DNA from: Dipteris shenzhenensis | Lineage: Eukaryota | Assembly: GCA_047967505.1 (NCBI GenBank) | Contig: CM106538.1 | DNA length: 64,000 nucleotides | Direction: 5' to 3' (one strand) | Shown here: positions 28,501-37,737 of the stretch, in pieces | Position numbering within the stretch: position 1 is the stretch's first letter | Layout of the letters: each line of letters opens with the position of its first letter | The notes under the pieces: generated by a model | What the model was told of the DNA's origin: nothing | The model's input: the letters and a program-made list of their open reading frames with translations, nothing else | Databases searched by the model: none | Translations under genes and position numbers: made by a program

Positions 28501-31500
28501 AGTGGAGCAAGTGAGTGGCATATCATCTATCTACCCAAACCTCTGGAAGGGCTGCCTCAATCTGCAAGATCCTCCCTACACTCCCTCTGAGATGTCCTGT
28601 CAACTCCCCATTCTTTATGACATGGGGCTCAGTGGCTTGGCTTTCTCTTACAGGGCCTCAAGTATTCTACGAGTGATTTGACTCCTCTCAGGCCATTTTG
28701 GTTCGACGTCATCAAATTGAGTCTTGTTCGTTGGATGTGGTACCACACCTTCCTTTTACAACTGTACATGCCTCTATGGATACTTCTTGGGAGATTCTAG
28801 CAAGCATAGCATCCTGGCATATCTGGAGAGCTAGATGCACAGAGGCTTTGGAGGGTACTCAGGTTCATCCCTCGCACACATTGGCTAGTATCTGGACAGA
28901 CACCGTACATACTTGGATGGCCGTATGGACGAGTATGCAGGGAGACTCCCGTGCAGCCTCAGCTAGGAGGGCTTCTTTCTTCGGGGAATGGAAGGATTCT
29001 CCTTTCTTCTCTGAGACTACTACAGGGTTGAGGTGGCACTTTCAACCTCAGCCTTGATAGTTTTCCATCTCACTCTGAGGGGGTTTTATTTATCCTCATG
29101 ATTTCATGATGTATTCCGCTTTGAGCTTGCTCTCGCGGGTTTTTTCTCTTACTTAATAGAAGTCTCTTTCTTGGAAAAAAAAAACCTATCCACTAACCGT
29201 AGTTAGGGATCCTAACTGTGGTTAGGGGAGAAAACCTCTAATGAGGGAAAAGTGCCCCTAACTCACTTATTGACTATACATTGGTCACTGCCATGAATTA
29301 TGATTCCAACACCTCCCTATAGTGCCAATGTGATAATGTACAAGGAAAAGATCAATCACCAAAAGGAGATAAGTTCAGGGCATTGCGAAATGCCTCAAAC
29401 TTCTCACGTGGAAGTGCTTTGGTGAAGATGTCTGCAACATTGTCATGTGTGGAGACTGATCTCCCCTGCACGCAGCTTGTCTCTGACATAGTGATAATGA
29501 ACCTCAATGTGCTTCGTGCGAGCATGAAACACAGGATTCTTTGCAGCTGCTATAGCACTTTGACTATCAATGAGAATTGGAGAAGGACCCTCCAATTGTA
29601 GGTGAAGATCAGCAAATAAGTGGCGTAGCCACACACACTCAACTGTTGCTATGAAAGTTGCCTTGTACTCAGCTTCACATGAGGAAGTAGCCACAGTAGA
29701 TTGTTTCTTACTCAGGTGAATGTTTTGTCTAAGTGACCTATCCACTTTCCGTAGTTAGGGATCCTAACTGTGGTTAGGGGGAAAAACCTCTAATGAGGGA
29801 AAAGTGCCCCTAGCTCACTTATTGACTATACATTGGTCGCTGCCATAAATTATGATTCCAACAACCACATCCCCTTATAGGGCAGGAGGTGGCCGACCCC
29901 TAGGGGGCCTGATATAGGCGACAGGAGGAGCACAGGCAGTTGGCCTAGTGCCCTGCCAGTCCGGTTGCTGGAGCCCAGCCTTTATGTAGGGGCAGATGTG
30001 GGTTGGCCCACCCCCCATTGCTGGTTGGTTGCCTAGGGCAGGGGGTCGGCCATGAGCCCCCTGCTGGTTGCCTAGGGCAGGGGGTCGGCCATGAGCCCCC
30101 ATTGCTGGTTGGTTGCCTAGGGCAGAGGGCAGGGGTTCAGCCATGAGCCCCCTGCTGGTAAGGGCTGACCCTATATATAGGGCTCCCTCCCCTCATTTGT
30201 TTTCCTCTTCTTGTATGGTTTTTGCCCAGTGATATAGAGGGCTTTTCCTGGAGATCCCTTGTGCAGTCTCTAGTGCTCTCTCTCACCCATTGTGTGTCCA
30301 TTCCGTTGAGCACTCTCACATGGTATCAGAGCACACATTGACTCAGGATCCAAGAAGGGTGGAGAGGTCGTAGAGCCAGTAAACTGTGCGAAGCTACAGG
30401 CCAGGAGTTCAAGGCGTTTTCAGGGCAGATCCTGTGTGGAGTATTTACAAGGGAGACATGGGCTGTTTAGGCCAAGAGGGGGCAGTACAGAGGCGGCTGT
30501 TTTCGGCCGGAAACCTCTTCTTTTTCTGCCCTGCCCCCCTCCCCCTTTAAAGCTCTATGCAGGCCAGCAGAGTGTGGTGTTCAAGGCAAGATTGATTGAG
30601 CAGTGGACTGTTCGGGAGTGCCAGAGATTGAGGCGCCTAGTGTTCAGGACCTAGAAGACCTAGGGTGGGACAAAAGGTTGGAGTTGCTGCAGATTTGCTT
30701 CTCCAACTACCTCACCAGCCCCTTCATTTATCTTCTTGTCTGTATCTCTATCTCTCAGTATTTTTCCCATCCACTCTTTGTATTCTCTCCTGTTTTTGCC
30801 ACAGGGCTACCCTAGAAGGGATGGCAAAGAACAAGAAAAAAATCCTAGTATTGCTCACGTTCCCGGTTGACCAGCAATTGGATGGGCTCAATTACAACGT
30901 CTGGCGGGCGATGCTGGAGTCTGTGTTACAGTCATATGACCTGGCAGATAGGTGTTGCCAGACTAGATCCCCTTGCGAAGGACCTTGGCATCCTAGCGCA
31001 AAAGGAGGCCGAGACCCTGTCTCAGCTCTGGCACCGTGTCAATGCAAGGGTAAGGTCGCTCATTTTTCTTAACTCTACTCCTCAGGTGATTAATCACGTG
31101 AAGCACATGACAGTGGCCAAGAGTGTATAGGAGCATTTGGCGTCCATGTATAATCGAACCTCTCCCATGAAGAGGGTTTTCCTTGTAAGTCCAAATGCGG
31201 TTGTTGGATACCAAGAAGTTTTCATCAATGCAGGACCACATCAACAAGTTACACGAACTTCAGCAAGAGATCCTCCAGGCAGGGGAGCAAATATCATCCG
31301 AGGACATGGCCATAACTCTATTGTCCCAGTTATCCTCTCAGTATGGAGCCTTCAATTCATCCTTGATCACTAGTGGTAGGATGAATGAGTTGACCTGGGA
31401 GGAATTGGTCCCAACGTTGCTTGACTAGGAGAAGTGCTTTGTTGATCGTACCTATGAGAGTCAGCCTGAGGCTTTGGCAGCTGAGGAACGAGAAGCTCTC

Positions 31501-34500
31501 AAGGCATCCCGTACGTGTAACTAGTGTGGCCAAAAGGGTCATTATTGGCAGCAGTGTCCCCAAAGGAATGTTAGGCCCAATAACCAGTTGGCCCATAGTG
31601 TTACTGCTGTGACGACGTGTCGTCCCGCCTTCTAGTAGCACGAGATAGGCGCTGCCAGATGGAGGATTGCTTGCTTGCTTGTGGCAGCAGGACCTGCCAA
31701 TCAGGTGGAGTTATCGAGGGAGGACCTCACATCACGAGGCGTCATTCCCGCTGTCAGGTGGCAGTAAGTTATCTGTATGTATTTTGTTTGGACGTAATGA
31801 CTTGGCAGATCCAAAGGGGGTCTCCTAGTGTTCTACTGCAGCTATCGTATGATGCTCCTAGAGATCCGGATGGGTCAACAAATTGCCAGTGCGCGGATCC
31901 AAACACAGTTGATTGATCCTTGAGAGCTGTTATATGCCCGTTATCATTAGAGCCCTGAAGTTCATCGATCTGGCGACAGTGTAGCAGTTTGGACTTCAGA
32001 GGGGGCTATCTAGCTTTGAGATACAAGTGCCCATGTAGGGAAGCAGACCTTGCACCGGTGGCAATCTCAGTTGGATTATTGTTCCAGTACCTTCTGTTGG
32101 AGTCATGTACCAGTACCAACAGTTGGATTGGTGTACTAGATGACCCAGTGCACCATTCCCAGCCAAGAGGAGTGTACCTGAGGCGGCTCGTACCAAAAGG
32201 GAGCTTCTTCGACAATATCTGTGGCGGTCCTCAGCGATGGACTATCACATGATGGATTCATCCAATTGTTCCAACGGCACACCCATCTCCCTAGCGTCTC
32301 TGTTCCATCCGGTGTAATCATGGTTTTTTCTTATGGCCACATTTTTTATTTTCCATTATTGAGATCTCTTATTACTAATCACACGTGTGTATTCTTCTAT
32401 GTGAGCAGAAGAGAAAGGCATATGCCTGTTACTATTACATTTTGGAAGATGTTCGATTTAAGGCATGGGGACACATAGAGAGTTCTGAATGCAGGATTCA
32501 CATCCCGGCCGGGCATCTTCTGCTACCATGTGGACCTACTCTCCTACAGCTTAGAGTACTCTCTTTTCATTGCTGATCACCATGCATGCTATCTTCAATA
32601 TAGCACTTGTCACCTTCACACTTGTCACCTTCAGTGTGACCTTTTTCCGGACTTCAGAGCTCTTATTGCCTTCAGTGCGATCTGTCGCTTCAAGGCGACC
32701 AATCACCTTTAGTGTGATGCACCATCTTCAGTATGGTTCTCTACCATCTTCAACATGGCCATGAATCTTCAGTATCCATCAGTCACATTCAATGACAGGA
32801 TGTTGGAAGCTAGTGCATGGGGTGGACTTCACAAAGTTACGAGTCGATTGACTACCTTACCGGATCACCCTCCACCTGGAATTAAATTACCAACATGTCG
32901 TACGAGACTAATGACGCTTCACAAATCCACAAGGGTTCTCCATACCCAACCATTCCTCCTTGACACCTTCAACGGCCTTGGGGTGAGCCTTGGTGTGTTG
33001 GGCTATGATGCTTAGTCAATGAGGACAGATCTAGATCGCATAGCTTAGTGAGTTGGGAGCAATCGCAAAACCCAGTCCTTGAGTATCTAGTTTCGAGAGC
33101 CTTTCAAGAGCTAAAAGATGTCTCAGTTTGGTAGAATTCTGAGTTGTCTAGAGTTAGATACGAGCTCTAGGGTTGGAAGAGCCCTGGTGGCAGGCTGGGA
33201 TAAGGTGTCCAGCAAGAGAGAGAGGAGATGGCAGCGAACTGGAGCAGTAGCAGCAGGCTATGGCGGCAAGGTGGAAGCTGTTGCGCAGCAAGAGGAAGAG
33301 GAGATGGCCTACCTGTGGAGGATTAACTGAATGAATCTGTGTGGGTAGGTTAGGCCACTATTTTATAGGAGAGCTGGTTGTGTTCCAGGGATAAAGGGAA
33401 GGCTTGAAGCTGTTCATGTGGCTATCTTCACCTGGCACTTTCAGGGACTGCCAGTGGTTGCTTTCTTGGATTAGTCTCACTCATATGCATATTTGGGCTC
33501 CATCTTTGGCAGAAGCATCTTTGTAGAGGTCTCATACTTGAGTCTTGGTCTAGAACTCTGGGATTACCAGAGTGGGTTTTGCCTAAAGATCCATATTACC
33601 ATTGTAGTGAGATTGAAATATAAAATACAACTGGGTTTACCCAGTTAGGGGGAGTAGCCTCATTCTCACTGTCGGTGTACTTGTCTCCATCTCTTATTTT
33701 CTGTTGATATGTGGATGAATATGGTGTGAATGCATTTAAATTCTGGTATTAAGAAAGTTTTAAAAATTCTCCGCTGTGCACTCTCACACATTTCCCTCAA
33801 ATCCACTGCAGGCTGAACCAAACAGCTCTACTACCATGTTTCAATGTCGGCAGCTCACACAAAAAAGTATGAAGATAAAGAGGCACAACTGGTCGATAAA
33901 CAAAATGTACAACTTCAATGCTATTCACAAAGAACATGATGCAATATAAACATAACCCTAATCAGGGTTGCCCTCAGTACATAATGATTATTCATACATG
34001 GCTTAGGTCCGATAAGGGTTTCCTATGACCTAACCAATTACACCCTGTATACAACCATATACAACATATGTAACGCCATACGTACATGTGAGTAGACTTA
34101 AACCAACCAAATGACCCATATAAACATCAATACATTTTATGTTCAAACAAACAAAACAAAAACATGCCACTTAAGATGCACTATGACAGCACATGTTCCG
34201 ACATCAAAACCCACCAATATCATCGATGATCAATAAAGATCCGCTCAACCTTGATGGTTTTAGTACAGAGGTTAGAAGATTGATATAGCACTCAAAGAAT
34301 AATGGAGTGCTGATTAAATCGCTACATAGTTTACTTCACTTACAGATATCCGAAGATCAAGAAGCTCTTGAAGATGTTTGCGAAAAGTGGTTACAACAGG
34401 CTTTACCCACGTTCCTACTTCCCCTGGTCCATTGGACAAAATGACAATATCTAGCTGGACTCTTGAAAAGCCAGCATTCTGATCAAAGTTTGCAAAACTG

Positions 34501-36168
34501 CCTGCAATATCCATTGAAAGAAAAAAAGTCAATATTGCTTTTGCACAATTTCAACTTCTTTAGTAGAGCATGTAAGCATTGGAATATTTCTTTGCATATG
34601 CATTTAACGCTTCTAACCATCCAGTTTATGGACAGAACGTGATTCCCATGAAGAAGAGGGGACAACTATGAAAATTCAAATGACTACTATCCTCATTCAT
34701 CGAATGAAGTGACAAAAATACTTCTCTGAGCTAGATCCCAAAAAGCATCATGATAGTTTTCCACAAACCTACTCTTTTTTTTTAAGCGATCGTTAATAAT
34801 ACGTCTTGTATTTAATCTCTCTTAATGCCCAAAAAAATATTACAGCCTGATACATCTACAATTTCACCTTGACTGCCATTAGTTGCTACAACACCCTATT
34901 CACTATCATGCATGCAAACAAATCCGCATCAAATCTTTCTCTTTGTTTCTAAGTAACTTACTCGCAACATATGCAATTGCACAAAAAACGTGTGTAATCT
35001 TCAATGCTCTACACAATATTTGGGTTTACTTGTCATTAATGCTTTGTAAATCACAAAGGACTATATGCAAGAGATGATCGAGCAATTGTTGATTATCTTT
35101 ATATGTGATTATCGATGAGAGCATACACATAGTTTTATGTGGCAGAGACAAACAGCCAACTCAGATTTGGAAACAGGGCAAGCATCAATTTCTGAAGGCT
35201 TGACCATTGAGGCCCAACGTGAATGTGTTTTCGAAAGGTTCTTTTACAATTGACACTTTGAGTCAGACTTGAGGGATCTGAGACTGTTGCCCTGACCCCT
35301 TGGCAACTAAGGATTGTCAAGACAACTTTCCGCAGGCATAGATTCCTTTAATCTGCAAGAACACGCTTTATTACTTGGCATATATGGTTGTTTGTTACCT
35401 AGGCCCTTCTATACTTAGATCTCTATGGCCACAATTTCGGCAATCAAACTCTTTTACGTTTTACCACTTCAACTTCCAAGGGTGCTTCTGCTTTGGCCTA
35501 CAGAGCAGAGAATTTTGTGTGAAAAAAGAACTGTATAGATCAACCATATGGCATTGTTGCTTTAGTGTTTTGCTCCCTATCTCTCGTGTGGTCTTTCTCC
35601 TCCCTCTCTCAGACAGATTTTATAGCTAATGTAAGATTAATACATGCTACATGGCCCTACTGACAAAACAGCGTGAAGACTGTTTATACCTGGAAAGGAG
35701 AACAAAATCATTACCGTATTCTTCTTCAGAATTCCTCAGCAAAGACGTGCTGCAGCTAACTCTGTGACTTTCAGACAAAACAGACCCATGCTTTTGAAAG
35801 CGTGGAGCTGGTCTCTCCGCTCTGCCAGCCAATAACAATTTTCTGAGAGAGAAAAATCCCGCTTGCCAAGCGGTACTCGTCATCCAAACCTCCAACGTAG
35901 AATGAAAACCTACGTGCTGATCTCAAATCATTGCCAAAATGCAAAAACAACCATAAGGCCTGGCAGCAGTCAAGCTGAATGAGGCATACCGACAATGAAG
36001 GCCAGTACAGCAATGGGACCGCACGAGCCGGATACATTTGATGAGGTCCCTGTCAGAAGGGTACGCCTTAGAACCCAGAATGCAAACTGAGAGTGGGGAT
36101 TCATTGGAAAATGGCAATGGCGCTGCTAGCAATTGCCATGGTGGAGACCTAACTTCAAAACATGGCAT
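4419..36168 (-). CDS. Spliced host gene: cyanobacterial-type lipid-A-disaccharide-synthase-like (LpxB-like) glycosyltransferase with N-terminal extension; 11 exons in window, 3' exon(s) off-window
   Basis: Exons 36168-35990, 35821-35715, 34501-34344, 21508-21428, 6563-6456, 6236-6169, 6017-5792, 5591-5530, 5323-5017, 4784-4710 and 4549-4419 have GT-AG ends and matching phases (1502 nt). Motifs DIVILSNGPGEV, VVLSPCPHASG, FLGGDQFF, VVGDL, VGLLPGSK, CLTTAGTNTAELGSLAIPMIVLLPT, SWPN. Confidence 0.85.
4710..4784 (-). CDS. LpxB-like gene, exon 10 (AGTNTAELGSLAIPMIVLLPTYALE)
   Basis: Acceptor cttcag|, donor GAG|GTCTCT; GT-B nucleotide-sugar-binding G-T-x-T-x-E motif. Confidence 0.9.
5017..5323 (-). 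CDS. LpxB-like gene, exon 9 (MGGNVQFILPLAPTVDL…CTVCLTT)
   Basis: Acceptor gtacag|, donor ACT|GTGAGT; 307 nt. Confidence 0.9.
5530..5591 (-). CDS. LpxB-like gene, exon 8 (DAKLAIGVPYMMSVAEFIYT)
   Basis: Polypyrimidine acceptor tttcag|, donor GG|GTAATT. Confidence 0.85.
5792..6017 (-). CDS. LpxB-like gene, exon 7 (LVDLYAV…VVGDL…VVGLLPGSK)
   Basis: Acceptor gaacag|, donor AAG|GTGTTT; LLPGS motif typical of LpxB-fold proteins. Confidence 0.9.
6169..6236 (-). CDS. LpxB-like gene, exon 6 (VILGRILGYKVVVYAHENVRWP)
   Basis: Acceptor gagcag|, donor GG|GTACGT; 68 nt. Confidence 0.85.
6456..6563 (-). CDS. LpxB-like gene, exon 5 (GPENFWELLLLGRTHDQWDWYEKGICIFLGGDQFFA)
   Basis: Acceptor gtctag|, donor GCG|GTACCT; 108 nt. 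Confidence 0.9.
8420..9570 (-). mobile_element. Ty1/copia remnant: INT-RT linker and RT (RVT_2), frameshifted
   Basis: QMDVKSAFLNG, MTDLGLLHYFLGIEV, YWRLVGSLLYLSNTRPDI. Confidence 0.9.
9575..12250 (-). mobile_element. Ty3/gypsy deletion derivative: gag, zinc knuckle, protease, integrase; RT/RNase H missing
   Basis: CFRCGKEGHVAAQC, LILFDLGATDNFI (protease), HGMPKSIVNDRDPR…HPQSDSQSE (integrase); protease tail joins pre-integrase sequence near 10645. Confidence 0.85.
12583..12880. repeat. 28-bp minisatellite, about 10 diverged copies (consensus ~GCAATGTTGGTTATGYRYTGCTCGTTCT)
   Basis: Units read directly in register. Confidence 0.9.
13054..13718. mobile_element. Non-autonomous TIR element (MITE), probably hAT-like
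   Basis: Perfect 16-bp TIR CATAGTTACCAGGGAA / TTCCCTGGTAACTATG, subterminal GGAAC/GTTCC repeats, degenerate 8-bp flanks gcagggag / gcaagggg, purine-rich internal repeats. Confidence 0.75.
14304..19407 (+). pseudogene. Gypsy gag-pol (gag, zinc knuckle, protease, RT, RNase H, integrase, chromodomain), disrupted by frameshifts and stops
   Basis: CYLCGEKWTPEHRNVC, LVNSGSTHNF, IDLRSGYHQIR, FFDDILIYS, DASGRGIGAVL, HGLPQKIVSDRD, YGPY, EYLIKWRGLPDEESSW. Confidence 0.95.
19757..20048 (+). repeat. 3' LTR of the gypsy element
   Basis: Starts TGTAAC right after the PPT, contains TATATAAA, ends …ACTATCA; right boundary inferred without a second copy. Confidence 0.65.
20120..20480 (-). mobile_element. 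Degraded gypsy RNase H remnant
   Basis: DDHPIAYKS and TNKAADALS motifs. Confidence 0.55.
21428..21508 (-). CDS. LpxB-like gene, exon 4, 81 nt (VVLSPCPHASGRELELVQSFKEVDRCQ)
   Basis: Acceptor tttatag|, donor CAG|GTACAT; phase 0/0; supplies the conserved segment missing between exons 3 and 5. Confidence 0.9.
22300..22800. mobile_element. Very degraded copia RT (minus) and RNase H end (plus) fragments
   Basis: DL..CILGLEVEQ…LLSQT on minus; IQNGSIDLIYCP..D..AKIFIK on plus. Confidence 0.5.
23833..25367 (+). pseudogene. LINE ORF1 (DUF4283-like region, zinc knuckle, Pro/Ser-rich tail) with a TGA at 24574 and a frameshift
   Basis: MDIPSANP…LLDVRLLGRGFFQVVF…ICRTIGHFARDCP; end overlaps the ORF2 start at 25354. 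Confidence 0.8.
25354..29057 (+). pseudogene. LINE ORF2 (EN + RT), frameshifted, with an internal inversion and loss of zf-RVT
   Basis: MRIISWNIQGLG, WVIGGDFN, SDHFPV, DFEKAYDKV, QGCPLAP, LADD, WHIWRARC. Confidence 0.9.
29864..33790 (+). mobile_element. Copia-like LTR element with PBS and degraded gag only; no pol recognisable. The LTR probably begins at 22818 and was split by the minus-strand copia
   Basis: LTR end …CTCTCACA at 30320, then PBS TGGTATCAGAGC (30321-30332, tRNA-iMet type); gag motifs LDGLNYNVW…, SMQDHINK…EDMAITLLSQL, CN*CGQKGHYWQQC; PPT-like AGGGGGAG near 33647; similar LTR end gcactctcaca near 33788. Confidence 0.65.
34344..34501 (-). CDS. LpxB-like gene, exon 3 (…DIVILSNGPGEVGTWVKPVV…LRIS)
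   Basis: Acceptor ttgcag|, donor TCT|GTAAGT; family N-terminal SNGPGE motif. Confidence 0.9.
35715..35821 (-). CDS. LpxB-like gene, putative exon 2 (AERPAPRFQK...SEEEY)
   Basis: Acceptor tggcag|, donor G|GTAATG; phases fit both neighbouring exons. Confidence 0.6.
35990..36168 (-). CDS. LpxB-like gene, putative exon 1 (MPCFEVRSPP...GLHCR; possible transit peptide)
   Basis: ATG at 36168, donor CG|GTATGC; phase 2 matches exon 2; no homology support, so the start is less certain. Confidence 0.55.
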
Positions 36169-36504
36169 GGTTCTCGTCTGGGCGAGGGTGAAGTTCTCCA
36201 AGGGAAGGGGTGGGAAATAAACAGAGGGAAATCAAACTATCACAATCAGGGCAACTCGTCAACTTCAAACAGCTCAAATGGTAGTCTCTTACAATGGACA
36301 TCAGCAAGTCTAAGTTCTTTAATCATCACAATCCTAGGCAACTTCTGCCTTTAATAATCACTCTGTAATTGCGATCTCCGGTTTGTTTATCATTTGCACT
36401 TTTAGCGGGACATACTAGCTCAACTTTATTAGGTCCAGTGCACACGCCGGCGGCTTCTAAAGTGGCGCCAACCGCTCAGGTGCCCATTGGAGCACCTGGA
36501 ATTC

Positions 36505-36590
36505 GGACGTGCCGTCGACTGGCACGTGTCGGTATCACCTTGCCACGTGGCGTGGTTAGGCAGGTAGCATTATCCTTGAGCCACGTGTCA
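36505..36590. promoter_or_regulatory. Cluster of G-box/ABRE elements upstream of the LpxB-like gene
   Basis: CACGTG at 36523, 36544 (palindromic GCCACGTGGC) and 36582 (GCCACGTGTC), plus ACGTG at 36507, in a CpG-rich patch 340-420 bp upstream of the predicted ATG. Confidence 0.55.
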
Positions 36591-37259
36591 CTAAAATTTC
36601 AATTTGAAATATCATTTCTAAATTTTGGGAATGGAAAGGAAATCCTATTTCCTTCTTGCAACCACACGAAACTGTCAACACGTCACGTCTCTATGACTCA
36701 ATGCGGAGCTCTCGAGCACTGTCCATGAAAACAATGCAAGATCACATGCATATGGCGTCCATGGGCATAAACTACACCACCCTACTCCTCTTTTCAACTT
36801 TCATCTGTCTTTCACCGCCCCCCTTTGTTTGTTCCTCCCCTCATCCCTTGCCTTCATCTCCCAAAACTACCTCTTCCATTACGTACTCCCTCATTCTCCT
36901 AGCCAAGGTTTCTTGAGATTGCTCTCCTATCAAACAACCTACTTTATCCCTGCTCGCAGACCTTTACCACGATATACAAAAGACTCAGCTGCCTAAGGCT
37001 GTAAATTTGCAAATCATTCGAGATTTGAGACGGTCTACGGTGCCTGCCTTGTCCTTGTAGCTGCTTCAATAGAACTCTGCTCTGCTTGCAACTGTATTGC
37101 TATCTTCTCAGCATACATACAGGCTACAAGGATTGCACCGCACAAGGAAGGACATCGCCACCCAGGGCATCCAAATAGATTCTTTTCTTCGTAATTGCAG
37201 GATGTTCGATTTTTTCTCAGAGTCAGCATAGATATGGGCAGGACAAGAGCTTTGACAAC

Positions 37260-37477
37260 GTGCATGGGGAGAGTTTGCCTGCGACAGGGAATTCGTTAAG
37301 TGTATTAACACATGAGGATCAGTTCATAGATTCAATTTCTCTTAATTCGCCAATGTGCTGCAGTTTGTGTGCATGGGGAGAGTTTGCCTGGGACAGGGAA
37401 TTCGTTAAGTGTATTAACACACGAGGATCAGTTCAAAGATACAATTTCTCTCAATTCGCCAACGTGCTGCAGTTTGT
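37260..37477. repeat. Two-copy tandem duplication of ~109 bp
   Basis: gtgcatggggagagtttgcctg…gctgcagtttgt repeated with few mismatches. Confidence 0.9.
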
Positions 37478-37737
37478 TTGAATGTATTGAAATGTTGCAA
37501 TCTTTGTAGTCTCATGCTATTTCACACAACATTTGGATTGTGTGGTAGGACGAGCTGTCATGATCCAAATAAAAAAGTGAGCCCTCATATATGTTCACAA
37601 GTTGCAAGCTATGGTCCAACCTTCAGAGAGAAAGAAGGAATCGACATAGTGGTTGAGTCATGCACGCTTTCCACAAGCCGGTGACATCAGTTATCCATTG
37701 GTTTCTCATACTGCCCGATTTATCTATGGAAATGCAA

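Larger units (their letters stand above)
23093..29181 (+). mobile_element. L1-type LINE with both ends intact: CT-rich 5' UTR, ORF1, ORF2, poly(A), 13-bp TSD
   Basis: TSD AAACCTATCCACT at 23080-23092 and 29182-29194; A-tail from 29175. Confidence 0.93.
22831..29863 (-). mobile_element. Internally deleted copia element: partial 5' LTR (~29715-29863), RNase H end, PPT, and 3' LTR (22831-29311) split by a LINE
   Basis: Near-identical LTR segments ending ttccaaca at 29311 and 29863; PPT (AGGGAGG on minus) next to 29311; SKKQSTVATSSCEAEY…NPVFHARTKHIEVHYHYVRD; candidate TSD atcac/accac. Confidence 0.8.

Noticed and set aside
35135-35320. Possible extra exon of the LpxB-like gene
   Set aside because: No acceptor/donor pair preserving phase 1-1 was found; exons 2 and 3 already join in frame
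4419-36168. Bacterial contamination or recent HGT as the source of the LpxB-like sequence
   Set aside because: Gene has at least 11 spliceosomal introns and is interleaved with plant retrotransposons
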